This document shows positions 16,909 to 26,693 of a DNA stretch of 64,000 nucleotides, in pieces. Source of the stretch: Bdellovibrionota bacterium. Its GTDB lineage: Bacteria > Bdellovibrionota > FAC87 > UBA2466. The DNA lies in the NCBI GenBank assembly GCA_041749855.1, contig JBGTAN010000002.1, forward strand, positions 17,055-81,054, in the 5' to 3' direction. The notes beneath the pieces were generated by a model, which made no database searches, was not told the DNA's origin, and was given only the letters and a program-made list of their open reading frames with translations. Positions within the stretch are counted from its first letter, which is position 1, and every line of letters begins with the position of its first letter. The translations under genes and the position numbers were made by a program.

Positions 16909-19721
16909 TCTCCGAAGAACCTCAACCGCCAGCTCTGAAAAGTGCCTACGATTCCTGCTTTCCGATCGAAAATCGCGAGCGTCCAATCCCCATCCGCAGG
17001 TTCACCCAAGTGCCGAGCCGTTCCAAATCGGAAAGTGTTCGCGCTAACAGTGCAAGGTTCGGTGTCGGCGCCATTGATATCCGCCTTGTAGCAGTCGTGC
17101 TTTACGGTCAAACGACTGACTGTGTCTGCTACGCCAGACCGCTCCAGCTGAATCTCCAGCTCGCCCCAATCCGCATGGGTTAGGTTCACGGTCACTTCCA
17201 CGTACTCAATCCGGGAAATGCCACTTCCCGCCACGGTAATCGTGCTTGTCAGCGCGGTGTCAACGGGGTCAATAGAGCCGGCACCCGCCGTTTGCGCTCC
17301 GGCCGTGGGAGCATAAACGGTTTTCAGCGGTCCGACATTCACCCAAGTTTTTGCCAGGTTCACCGCGGCTTGCGCGTCGACCATTCCAAAGCCATAGTCG
17401 TAATGAATATTGTACGGTACAGCCGCCGACACTTTGACTGCATCGTTGGTTGCCCAGTTTAAATCACCGGGGTCTACTTTTCGGGCCGTTTCCGCTAAAA
17501 TAATCCGCACATCGCGCCACGACAGATTCGGATTGGCTTTGTACATCAACGCCGCTACTCCCGAAACCATGGGAGCGGCTGCGGAAGTGCCACTAAAAAT
17601 GCTAGTATAGGCTTGGTCGGCTGGCACAGTCCCATCAGTCGGGTTGTATCCGACATCGCCTACTCGGTCGGTGGTGTAGATGCCCGCCCCAGTGTCTCCT
17701 AAAGACGGACCACAAACCCACACATTCGCTCCAGGCTCGGAATAGGAAGCGATATTCCCATCATTTCCTGAAGCGCATACGGCGGTCACTCCATAGTAGT
17801 TTGCATAGCCATCGTAGTTGGATTGATCGGTCAGGGTAGCCGACTTCGAGACGCGCCCGTTTCCCGCGGCCCAGAAGAAAGACGTGCCGCGCCCCCCTCG
17901 CCCCGTGGTAATCGCGCTATCAATCGCCGTTTGCCAAGTGAGATCGGAAGCAGAAAACCTACCCAATCGATCCGAAGGTCCCCAGCTATTGTTGGAGACA
18001 TAGACATTCGCGCTATTACGAGTCATCGCATTGGCAATATTTGCTGCCGTCGAATTCTTCAGCATGTTGTAGCCGACCAGCTTCGAAAGCGGCGCAATCC
18101 CGCGAAGTCCAAAGCCGTTCAGATGACGCGCGCCGATGATACCAGCTACACAAGTGCCGTGAGAGGAAAACGAAGAATCATCTTCTTCACCCGTGGGGTT
18201 ACTGGAGCCAGTGAGGTAGTTGTAACTCCCTCCCCCCAGAATATTCGCAAACAGATCGGGGTGGCCGATCTCCATACCGTCATCGACCACGGAAATGAGA
18301 ATACCCTCACCGTAATTTCCATCATTCAGCCATACCGGTTCGACATTCGCATCTTCCCCGGGGGTCCCTCCGTGTTGTCCCGTATTTTTAATGTGCCACT
18401 GATCCGCATACAAAGGATCGTCTTGCGTGTAGCCGGGTGTTTCGATGCTGATAGAAGCCGTCGGCCATTCGGACTTTGTTTCGGTATTGCCGTAACCCAG
18501 CTGCCCGTTGGTGCCCGAACCGGCGCAACGAATGTTGGAGTCGCTGTTCACGGCGCACCAGCTATCTCCTCCGCCCGAAACACTACTGAAAGCAATGCCG
18601 TACGGAATGTCGGGCGTTCCGCCCCAACACAGCCAGGAGCCAGAACCATCCAAAGATTTGCCGCACGTTTCAGAGTAGCCAACGGCTACGTCGGTGAAAT
18701 ACCCCAGCACCCGGGCATCTCCCTTTTGCCCGGGAGTTTCGTTATCCCCGATAGGTTCCGTTCCCACGAATCCAACGCCTTGAGAAGAGTTGTCACCCCA
18801 GCAACGTATCTTACCGGTCGAGGTCAGCACGCAGGTGTGCTTATCCGCCGAGGAAATTTTCGTGGCAGTCCCACCCAACGGCACCTTGCCCACACTGGAG
18901 GGAGATTCATTGTCACCGATGCTGTTCGTGTTGCCATAGCCAAGCACGCCGGAAGCGCCAGAACCCCAGCAGTAGACGTCGCCCGTAGTCGTCAAGGCAC
19001 AGGTGTGCGCAGCGCCTGCCGCAATCATCGCTATCGGATCATCCAAAGAGACCGTTCCCGCGGTCGAGGGCGCTTCGTTATCTCCGATGTTATTCGTACT
19101 CGCGTATCCCAAGCGGCCATCGGCACCCTTGCCCCAGCACCGAACCTCTTGCTCGTCTGTGAGCACGCACGTGTGATCGGCTCCCGCCACCACTTGAGTC
19201 GCTACGGCTTCATTACGGACTTCGCCCGAAAGGTACGGCAGTTCGTTGTCACCGATATTGGCCGTGGCCCCGTAGCCCAACTGCCCAGAAGTGCCTTTGC
19301 CCCAGCATCGGACTCGGCCCGAGTTACACAGCGCGCAGGTGTGGTTCGCACCGAGCGCCATATCGGAAACCGTGCAACCCACGTTCACGTCACCCGCAGA
19401 AAGCGGACTCTCGTCATCGCCTATCGTGTTGGTGTTTCCGTAACCTAGCTGACCGAAATCATTCTTTCCCCAGCAACGCACATTGCCCGTGGAGAACACC
19501 GCGCAGTGATGGCTCTCGCCGGAGCGCACGAGGACTGCTGTACCCACGGTGCTGTCCGCGACCTCCACGGCAGATAACTGGCCGGTGGCAATGGCGGGCT
19601 CTTTATAGCCTGTAATAATGTCGCCACAACTCAGTGGAAGGGCCAGTAGCGTCAAAATGAGTAAACGTAGCTGCACTCCGAGCTTTTCGGAATAAAAGGG
19701 GCAAGAATGAAGCACCTTCAT
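16905..19721 (-). CDS. RCC1-repeat + kexin-like S8 serine protease + P-domain, probable lipoprotein
   Basis: Lipobox LPLSC and about 7 HTC...V.CWG.G..G.LGYG repeats. VVDDG, HGTCVAG, AAGNG and GTSAAAP triad motifs, plus a C-terminal P-domain. True start may be slightly internal. Confidence 0.9.
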   Translation of the reverse strand: MKVLHSCPFYSEKLGVQLRLLILTLLALPLSCGDIITGYKEPAIATGQLSAVEVADSTVGTAVLVRSGESHHCAVFSTGNVRCWGKNDFGQLGYGNTNTIGDDESPLSAGDVNVGCTVSDMALGANHTCALCNSGRVRCWGKGTSGQLGYGATANIGDNELPYLSGEVRNEAVATQVVAGADHTCVLTDEQEVRCWGKGADGRLGYASTNNIGDNEAPSTAGTVSLDDPIAMIAAGAAHTCALTTTGDVYCWGSGASGVLGYGNTNSIGDNESPSSVGKVPLGGTATKISSADKHTCVLTSTGKIRCWGDNSSQGVGFVGTEPIGDNETPGQKGDARVLGYFTDVAVGYSETCGKSLDGSGSWLCWGGTPDIPYGIAFSSVSGGGDSWCAVNSDSNIRCAGSGTNGQLGYGNTETKSEWPTASISIETPGYTQDDPLYADQWHIKNTGQHGGTPGEDANVEPVWLNDGNYGEGILISVVDDGMEIGHPDLFANILGGGSYNYLTGSSNPTGEEDDSSFSSHGTCVAGIIGARHLNGFGLRGIAPLSKLVGYNMLKNSTAANIANAMTRNSANVYVSNNSWGPSDRLGRFSASDLTWQTAIDSAITTGRGGRGTSFFWAAGNGRVSKSATLTDQSNYDGYANYYGVTAVCASGNDGNIASYSEPGANVWVCGPSLGDTGAGIYTTDRVGDVGYNPTDGTVPADQAYTSIFSGTSAAAPMVSGVAALMYKANPNLSWRDVRIILAETARKVDPGDLNWATNDAVKVSAAVPYNIHYDYGFGMVDAQAAVNLAKTWVNVGPLKTVYAPTAGAQTAGAGSIDPVDTALTSTITVAGSGISRIEYVEVTVNLTHADWGELEIQLERSGVADTVSRLTVKHDCYKADINGADTEPCTVSANTFRFGTARHLGEPADGDWTLAIFDRKAGIVGTFQSWRLRFFGE

Positions 19722-19731
19722 CGCCGCGGGA

Positions 19732-19758
19732 TGTCACATTGCGGCTCCACAGCCCGTC
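19732..19758 (+). promoter_or_regulatory. ECF-type promoter upstream of prc
   Basis: TGTCACA-N16-CGTC. Confidence 0.55.
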
Positions 19759-19787
19759 TAGGTCTAGGACGATTTTCGAAAGCGTGT

Positions 19788-19815
19788 TCAAGGTTTAGCG
19801 CCTATTTCCCGATGA
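19788..19815 (+). promoter_or_regulatory. FliA-like promoter upstream of prc
   Basis: TCAA-N16-CCCGATGA. Confidence 0.4.
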
Positions 19816-19886
19816 GATCGTCGTGACTTCCGGTTTTCAAATCGGACTGGTGCTCGTATATTGACGCCGCTCAACAGGAGATTCGA

Positions 19887-21887
19887 ATGCTTTGCTCTCG
19901 TCCTCTTATCCGTCTCATTACGGTAATCGCAATTCTGGTAGGTTCGAACGCCTACCCCGCCACTGCACTTCAGTGCAAATTGCTCCCCACGATTTTTGGC
20001 ATCTACCTGAAGAATCACTACAGCAATAAGAAGCTGTCCTCTGAGCTGAAAGAACGAACCATTGACCAGTTCATTCGAGAAATGGATCCCTCGAAAAACA
20101 TGCTTCTTAAGAGCGACGTAGAGGCTTTGCGCCCCAAGCTGCTCGCCCTGTTCGACAAGATGGCCGGGGGAGAATGTGGAGAGCTCGCCGTTGCCAACAA
20201 ACTCCTCGCCACCCGCGCTAAGGAGAACGAAGACTTTGCTCGTACTTATCTAGGAAAAGACTACAAACTCGACGAGACGGTAGAACTCATCCTGGACCCC
20301 AAGAAGCGGGAATACTCGAAAACACTTGAAGAACGTAAAGAGCTTTTGAAAAAGCTCATTCACTTCCAAATGTCGAACTACCTGCTTACGGACATGAAGC
20401 TGCCGGAAGCCAAAAAGCAACTCATCCATCAGTACGAATTGGTGACCAAGCGCTTAACTGACAAGTCAGAAGAAAACCAGCTGGAGGGCTTCTCAGAAGC
20501 CTTTGCCCAAGCATTGGACCCGCACTCTTCCTTCATGTCTCGTGACAGCATGGAAGATTTTACGATCCAAATGGAGCTTTCGTTAGAAGGCATCGGTGCC
20601 GTTCTTCGGTCCCAGAATGGCTTTACTGTCATTGAAAGCCTTATCAAAGGCGGCGGCGCAGAGAAATCCAAGATGCTCCGCCCCAAAGACAAAATCATCG
20701 CCGTCGCTCAGAAAGGCCAAAAGCCTGTCACCGTCATTGATATGGACTTGCGCGATGTCGTGAAGCTGATTCGCGGCAAGAAGGGAACAACGGTTCTTTT
20801 GACCGTGCTCCGCCAAGACGACGAAACCAAGAGCTTTGAAGTCGCCATCGTGCGCGACAAAGTGAATATCGAAGAACAAGCTGCCAAGATCCGCTATGTG
20901 GAAACGGGCGAAGGCAAGAAGAAGTCCACTATCGGGATCATCGACCTTCCTTCGTTTTACGGAAGCGGCAAAAAAGGCACTCGCTCTTCTTCTGCCGACG
21001 TCAAAAAGCTTCTCGATGATGCGAAAAAGAAAAAAGTGGCTGGTATTGTCCTCAATCTAGCGAGCAATGGCGGCGGACTCCTGGATGAAGCCGTCGCGAT
21101 TTCTGGACTGTTCATTAATAGAGGAGCGGTGGTCGCTACGCGCTCAACCGATGCAACGGACGAAATCCTCAACGATGAGGAAAATGGCGTCGCTTACGCA
21201 GGCCCGCTCGTGGTTCTCATCAGCCGTGCGAGTGCTTCTGCATCGGAGATTCTGGCAGGCGCGCTTCGCGACTATCGCCGTGCGGTGATTGTAGGATCGG
21301 ACCACACTTTCGGAAAAGGGACCGTTCAAGCGGTGGCTAACCTCCCGCTGAACATCGGCGGAATGAAAGTCACGACGGGTATGTTTTTCTTGCCGGGGGG
21401 CGCTTCTACCCAGCATGACGGCGTGACTTCAGATGTCGCGCTTCCCCCCAGCTTCAATGACGGCGATGTGGGCGAAAAGACGCTCGACTACTCGTTGGCA
21501 CCACAGAAAATCGGTGCTTTCTTGTCGAAAGATGCCAATGGCCACAACAATCAGGAGAAGTGGGCTCCCATTACTCCGGAAATTGTCAAAACGCTGAAAG
21601 AAAAGTCGAAGGCCCGTGTTTCCAAGAGCGCAAAGTTTGCGGAAATGATCAAGAAAGTGGACGAGGCAAAGAAAAACGAAGGTCTCATTCGCTTGGCCGA
21701 GTTGCGCAAAGTTGCGAAAGAAGAAAAAAAGCGCACAGACAAAAAGAAGAAGAAGACTTCTAAAACCCGAGCAGAAACCGGCGATGAAACCGAGGAGGAG
21801 CTGAACTCTCCCCTGGTGGAAGAAGCAACGCAGATTTTGGGTGACCTGATTGCTCAGTCCCCTCAGATGCCGCTTGCCGGACTGTAA
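19887..21887 (+). CDS. prc: Carboxy-terminal processing protease (S41A, Prc/Tsp)
   Basis: LDPHS, SLEGIGA (PDZ), NGGGLL, SASASEI and TFGKGTVQ motifs. Confidence 0.92.
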   Translation: MLCSRPLIRLITVIAILVGSNAYPATALQCKLLPTIFGIYLKNHYSNKKLSSELKERTIDQFIREMDPSKNMLLKSDVEALRPKLLALFDKMAGGECGELAVANKLLATRAKENEDFARTYLGKDYKLDETVELILDPKKREYSKTLEERKELLKKLIHFQMSNYLLTDMKLPEAKKQLIHQYELVTKRLTDKSEENQLEGFSEAFAQALDPHSSFMSRDSMEDFTIQMELSLEGIGAVLRSQNGFTVIESLIKGGGAEKSKMLRPKDKIIAVAQKGQKPVTVIDMDLRDVVKLIRGKKGTTVLLTVLRQDDETKSFEVAIVRDKVNIEEQAAKIRYVETGEGKKKSTIGIIDLPSFYGSGKKGTRSSSADVKKLLDDAKKKKVAGIVLNLASNGGGLLDEAVAISGLFINRGAVVATRSTDATDEILNDEENGVAYAGPLVVLISRASASASEILAGALRDYRRAVIVGSDHTFGKGTVQAVANLPLNIGGMKVTTGMFFLPGGASTQHDGVTSDVALPPSFNDGDVGEKTLDYSLAPQKIGAFLSKDANGHNNQEKWAPITPEIVKTLKEKSKARVSKSAKFAEMIKKVDEAKKNEGLIRLAELRKVAKEEKKRTDKKKKKTSKTRAETGDETEEELNSPLVEEATQILGDLIAQSPQMPLAGL

Positions 21888-21920
21888 ACCTAACAGCTAT
21901 AGCTGGGTTCTGATTCCAAC

Positions 21921-23795
21921 GTGAAAACGACGCCCAAGTCCAAACTTTCCCTTCTGATCCTTGGAGCTCTCGGAGTCGTCTTTGGCGACATCGGGACCAG
22001 CCCGCTCTATGCCTTTCGCGAATGCTTTGCGGTACACGGCCTGCCTGTAACACCAGCGAACGTGTACGGAGTTCTGTCACTCGTATTCTGGTCGCTCATC
22101 AGCATCATCAGCATCAAATACTTAGTCTTTGTCCTTCGCGCCGATAACAACGGCGAGGGCGGCATTCTTGCGTTGATGGCGCTCATCCAGCCCGAAAAAA
22201 AGATTCAGTCCGATCGTTTTCGCCAGTACTTCATCCTAACTGCCCTTTTTGGTGCCGCACTGCTTTACGGCGATGGGATGATTACGCCTGCCATTACCGT
22301 TCTTTCGGCCATTGAAGGCCTAGAAGTGGTCACACCCTTTTTCCAGCCCTATGTTTTGCCTCTCACTGTTTCTATTCTCCTCGCCCTTTTCAGCGTGCAG
22401 CGCTTTGGTACGGGGGGCATCGGAGGGGTTTTCGGTCCCGTCTTGGTATTCTGGTTCGTCGTCTTGGGAGTGCTTGGGGTGCGCAGCCTGGTGCAGTATC
22501 CCGATGTTCTCGCTGCTTTGAGCCCCGTCTTCGGCTTTCAATTCCTAACCCATGAAGGTTGGCTGGCCTTCGAGATTTTGGGCGCCGTCTTCCTGGTGGT
22601 CACGGGGGGCGAGTCGCTCTACCTTGATATGGGGCATTTTGGACGTAAGCCAATCCGGCTAGCGTGGTTTCTCGTCGTACTTCCGGGGCTCGTTCTGAAT
22701 TATTTTGGTCAAGGCGCGCTCTTGCTCATGCGTCCCGAAGCGGCAAGCAACCCCTTTTACATGATGGCGCCGCCCTGGTTCCTCCTTCCGCTGGTCATCC
22801 TTTCTACTTTTGTTGCGGCCATTGCGTCCCAAGCCGTCATCACGGGTGCTTTTTCCCTCACGTACCAGGCCGTGCAGCTTGGCTACTTACCCCGCATCGA
22901 AATTCGGCATACGTCTTCTGAAGAAAAGGGCCAGATTTTTGTCCCTACCGTAAACTGGGCGCTTTTCGTCGTGACCGTTTGGCTCGTGGTGACCTTCGGA
23001 ACTTCCAGTAACCTCGCTGCGGCCTACGGCATCGCAGTCAGCACCACTATGGTGATCACCTCACTTTTAATTGGCTTTCTCTCTTACCGTGTTTGGAGCT
23101 GGTCTTTGGCCAAGGTGGTGGGCTGCTTCACTATACTCTTTGTTATCGATATCACGTTCTTTGCTTCCAACTTGTTGAAAGTTGCGCAGGGAGGGTGGTT
23201 TCCCCTGCTCGTCGGAGCCTTCATCTTGTTGCTCATGGCCACCTGGCGAGCGGGTCGAAAAATCCTAGCGCACTATATGTCTGTTAACGCCGTTCCGTAT
23301 GAAAAGCTCTTCGCGGGAATCGAGGAAAAGCCGCCGCTTCGAGTCCCTGGCACCTCGGTTTTCATGGCTAGCGACATGTCGGTCGCACCCCCGTCTTTGG
23401 TACATAACCTGCGCCACAACAAAGTATTGCACGAGCGCGTTTTGGTCATCCGAATTGCAACCCGCGATGTCCCCCACATTCCTTTCGGAAATCGAGTATC
23501 CGTACGAAAACTGCGCGATGATTTCTTTTGTGTCTTGGCGGAGTACGGATTCAATGATCGACCCAATGTGCCTCAGATTTTGCGGCAATTGGGATCCGTG
23601 GGAGTACCCATCTCGCTACCTGAGGTCACGTTTTTCCTAGGCCGGGAGACGATTCTGGCGACGCGCAAAGCGGGCATGCAGATCTGGCGAGAGAATCTTT
23701 TCGCTTTGCTCTCTCGCAATGCTCAGCGTGCGACAAGCTTCTTCCAAATACCCCCGGATCAAGTCGTGGAAATCGGTCTACAGATCGAAATCTAA
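21921..23795 (+). CDS. kup: KUP/HAK/KT potassium transporter
   Basis: GVVFGDIGTSPLYA, DNNGEGG and YGDGMITPAI motifs. Confidence 0.96.
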   Translation: MKTTPKSKLSLLILGALGVVFGDIGTSPLYAFRECFAVHGLPVTPANVYGVLSLVFWSLISIISIKYLVFVLRADNNGEGGILALMALIQPEKKIQSDRFRQYFILTALFGAALLYGDGMITPAITVLSAIEGLEVVTPFFQPYVLPLTVSILLALFSVQRFGTGGIGGVFGPVLVFWFVVLGVLGVRSLVQYPDVLAALSPVFGFQFLTHEGWLAFEILGAVFLVVTGGESLYLDMGHFGRKPIRLAWFLVVLPGLVLNYFGQGALLLMRPEAASNPFYMMAPPWFLLPLVILSTFVAAIASQAVITGAFSLTYQAVQLGYLPRIEIRHTSSEEKGQIFVPTVNWALFVVTVWLVVTFGTSSNLAAAYGIAVSTTMVITSLLIGFLSYRVWSWSLAKVVGCFTILFVIDITFFASNLLKVAQGGWFPLLVGAFILLLMATWRAGRKILAHYMSVNAVPYEKLFAGIEEKPPLRVPGTSVFMASDMSVAPPSLVHNLRHNKVLHERVLVIRIATRDVPHIPFGNRVSVRKLRDDFFCVLAEYGFNDRPNVPQILRQLGSVGVPISLPEVTFFLGRETILATRKAGMQIWRENLFALLSRNAQRATSFFQIPPDQVVEIGLQIEI

Positions 23796-24680
23796 CCGGC
23801 TCAAATGCTTAAACGAGTCGCAAAGCGGTAATTCCAAAACGGTTCCCCGATAAACGCCCTCGTAGATCTCTCGTGTGAGCCAGATTTTTTCCTCTTCGAC
23901 TTCTTCCATGAAGATTCTCTTTAGCCACACCCGTCGCTCCGTGTTCCATCGGTAGCGCCGCTCCCGCAGTTTATCTTTGGTCTCGCGCGGCGATTGGGTG
24001 GCAAAAACGACGGCTTGTCGACGGCGGGCATTGCCCAGCAGCTCCTTCAAATAGGGGTCCCCGCTCTCGGGATCGGGCATTCCCAACAAGTGCAGGAGTG
24101 TATCTGCATCAGCGAGCGCTCGATGCGCATCGTTGTAGAATCCGTGGTAAATCGCCAGAATCTCTAACTTCTGACTTGGAAAATGCTTTGCTGCCCAGTC
24201 CACTTGCTTAAAGCTGCATCCCCAGATCTTGGAGGCCGAGAGGGGAAGATACCTATCTAAAAACGGCCGATCGAATTCTGCGTTATGGGCGAGGATAAGG
24301 TGGCACTGCTCCAGGATTGTCTGAACTCTGGACCAGTCGATTTGCTTTCCTGCCAGCATGGCATCCGTTATTCCCGTGATACGCACTATTTCGGGACGGA
24401 GTGGCTCGCCCGGATCAGCAAGTTCGCTGTACCCTTCATCGCGCGTGAGAATCTGTCCCGTTTCGCGATGGAAGCGAAAAGTGCGGATGCCAATCTCAAT
24501 AATCTTGTCGCGCAATGAGTCGACGCCGGTGGTCTCGGTGTCCAGTGCCGCTCCCCAACGCCATTCGTCTTTGTGCTCTTCCAACCAAACGTCACTCACG
24601 AAATCTGGGGCGGTAAACGCACCATGGTACCGGTGCAAAACGACGCTCTCACCATCGGGGCTTTGTCCTATCCAACGCAC
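23778..24680 (-). CDS. DEDDh 3'-5' exonuclease (DNA pol III epsilon-like)
   Basis: LDTETTG, AHNAEFDR and HRALAD motifs. Start set at GTG 24680 to avoid overlap with the divergent gene (uncertain). Confidence 0.88.
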   Translation of the reverse strand: MRWIGQSPDGESVVLHRYHGAFTAPDFVSDVWLEEHKDEWRWGAALDTETTGVDSLRDKIIEIGIRTFRFHRETGQILTRDEGYSELADPGEPLRPEIVRITGITDAMLAGKQIDWSRVQTILEQCHLILAHNAEFDRPFLDRYLPLSASKIWGCSFKQVDWAAKHFPSQKLEILAIYHGFYNDAHRALADADTLLHLLGMPDPESGDPYLKELLGNARRRQAVVFATQSPRETKDKLRERRYRWNTERRVWLKRIFMEEVEEEKIWLTREIYEGVYRGTVLELPLCDSFKHLSRLDFDL

Positions 24681-24718
24681 GCCCTGGAGTGTGAAGGAGA
24701 AACGTGTAGAATGCCAGC

Positions 24719-25735
24719 ATGAATCCGCAAGCCAATTGGCGATTTGAAAAGCAGTCCGCACACCTTTACCGGGTCATTGCAAAAAAAGAAAAGCGCCCTG
24801 AGGTACGCCAGCTCTTCACTCAGCTGGCGGGTGAAGCGGAGAAGCAAGCCGCTCTATGGGAAGGAAAGTTCACGCCGGGACTTTCCCCCACACATTTCAC
24901 ACCGGACTGGAAGACTTGGTTCACTACTCACTTGGTGAATATCCTCGGCCCGCGCCACCTCAGCGGATTGCTCTCTGCTATGAAAGTGCGCGGCATGGCT
25001 GTGTATCGAAATCCCATGGCGTTTCACTCAAAGCCGCATCACATCTCACAAGTTGGACAACGCCACCATCAGCTGGGTGCCAGCAATTGGCTTCGTGCCG
25101 GAGTCTTTGGCATCAATGACGGCCTTGTCTCCAATGCAAGCCTCATCGTCGGGGTCGCGGGGGCGGCACAAACGGGCGAATCCGTTTTACTTGCGGGAAC
25201 CGCGGGACTCTTAGCCGGTGCCCTATCGATGGCTTGTGGAGAGTACGTTTCGGTGAAGTCGCAAAGGGAGTTCCTTGAGAAGCAGATGGAAATCGAGAAA
25301 GAGGAACTCGAGAACTATCCCGAAGAGGAAGCACTTGAACTGGCTCTGATTTATGAGGCCAAGGGCCTGTTGCGGGCAGACGCGGAGAGGACGGCAAAGG
25401 CTCTCATCGCCAATCCCGAGAAGGCTTTGGATACGTTGGCGAGAGAGGAGCTGGGGATCAATCCGTCGGAGTTGGGTTCGCCCTACTCTGCCGCTGCTTC
25501 CTCCTGTATCTCCTTTACCCTGGGCGCGTCGATTCCTTTGGTTCCCTTGCTCTGGATCGCGTGGCCCCGCGCGTTTCATTTCTCCATTGGCTTCGCGCTG
25601 GTGAGCCTCTTTGTCGTGGGAGCTGCTATCGGAGTCTTCACGGGAAAATCCGCCCTTTACGGGGGAATGAGAATGTTGGTGCTGGGAAGCATCGCCGGAG
25701 GACTGACTTTCTTGATCGGCACTCTCTTGGCCTAG
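24719..25735 (+). CDS. VIT1/CCC1 transporter with N-terminal rubrerythrin-like segment
   Basis: LRAGVFGINDGLVSN, SMACGEYVSV.SQ and REELG motifs. Confidence 0.9.
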   Translation: MNPQANWRFEKQSAHLYRVIAKKEKRPEVRQLFTQLAGEAEKQAALWEGKFTPGLSPTHFTPDWKTWFTTHLVNILGPRHLSGLLSAMKVRGMAVYRNPMAFHSKPHHISQVGQRHHQLGASNWLRAGVFGINDGLVSNASLIVGVAGAAQTGESVLLAGTAGLLAGALSMACGEYVSVKSQREFLEKQMEIEKEELENYPEEEALELALIYEAKGLLRADAERTAKALIANPEKALDTLAREELGINPSELGSPYSAAASSCISFTLGASIPLVPLLWIAWPRAFHFSIGFALVSLFVVGAAIGVFTGKSALYGGMRMLVLGSIAGGLTFLIGTLLA

Positions 25736-25764
25736 AAGAGGCGTCCCGCACCGTGACCTCAGTC

Positions 25765-25808
25765 CGCACTCGATTGACGACCCGAGTGCGCCTCTCTATA
25801 GTTTTCCC
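25765..25808 (+). promoter_or_regulatory. Sigma70 promoter (leaderless) with 8-bp inverted repeat over -35
   Basis: TTGACG-N17-TATAGT, 6 nt before ATG 25809. CGCACTCG-N10-CGAGTGCG straddles the -35. Confidence 0.6.
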
Positions 25809-26693
25809 ATGCCTTCCTTCTTTGAACGCATTGCTCAGTCAGTGCTGGCCCGCCTTCTCAAAGAAAGTATCAAAGAGGTTTTCAAAAAAAAGCGGCCGAA
25901 GGAGATCAATCCTTCCCCAAAACCGCTTTCAGACGCGAACACGTCTAAAGCACAGCCCAACGAACCTAGAAAGAGTCATCCTTGGCGCCTATGCCCCTCG
26001 GGAGAAAGTTGGGTAAGAACTCACCCACTGACAATACCCCCAAGTGAAAAGGGACCAGGATGGGAAACGATTCGAAGAGGACATTGTCGCCGCAACAATA
26101 GCGGGCGAAATATCTTCACCGGCGATGAACTGAGAGAGATTGCCACCCTTCACTTTAAGGATTTGCTCGACAGCCCTAGTGCGATGCCTATCGGAGATTC
26201 GCTGGGATTTCCAAGAGGAAATCAATACGACCTCAGTATCGCTGGATGGACAAAGTTTTGGAATGAAGTTTTACAACCAAGGGAATTGCTCTCGCCCGAC
26301 TTTGTAAAGGCGCTAATCGCAACGGAATCTAGTTTCAATACTCCGATCGATGTTCAAAGTAGTGCAGGACCCGCGAGGGGTCTTATCCAAATTACGGAGC
26401 AAACTCGCGAGATTCTTCAAAATCCGAAGGGTGAGCTTAAAGATCACCTCATTGAAATGTCGATCGAAGAAAGTCGCGATCCCCAAATCAATATAGCCGC
26501 AGGAACTCGCTGGCTTCATCACAAGAAGGATCTGGCCAAGCACAGGCTCAAAAGGGAGGCCACATGGGAAGAAGCGGTAGCGGAATACAAGGGGATACTT
26601 TCTCAACTAGGAAGGAACAAAAAGGCCGACGAAATCATGGAAAAGCTGGAGCAATACCACAGACAACTCAGAGAAAAGCGAGTGCCCAAATAG
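25809..26693 (+). CDS. Lytic transglycosylase (SLT-like) domain protein with N-terminal Cys/His motif
   Basis: ALIATESSF (catalytic Glu), ARGLIQI, DPQINIAAGTRWL and AVAEYKG motifs. N-terminal HPWRLCP..H..GHC. Confidence 0.82.
   Translation: MPSFFERIAQSVLARLLKESIKEVFKKKRPKEINPSPKPLSDANTSKAQPNEPRKSHPWRLCPSGESWVRTHPLTIPPSEKGPGWETIRRGHCRRNNSGRNIFTGDELREIATLHFKDLLDSPSAMPIGDSLGFPRGNQYDLSIAGWTKFWNEVLQPRELLSPDFVKALIATESSFNTPIDVQSSAGPARGLIQITEQTREILQNPKGELKDHLIEMSIEESRDPQINIAAGTRWLHHKKDLAKHRLKREATWEEAVAEYKGILSQLGRNKKADEIMEKLEQYHRQLREKRVPK

Noticed and set aside
17823-19448. 541 aa ORF on the + strand
   Set aside because: Antisense shadow of the RCC1-protease gene. It is Arg-rich, has no motifs, and its repeats mirror the RCC1 codons.
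18430-19510. Repeated nucleotide segments with roughly 170 bp period (CCCCAGCA, CC.TA.CC.AG)
   Set aside because: These are degenerate coding repeats of RCC1 blades, not CRISPR or DGR repeats.
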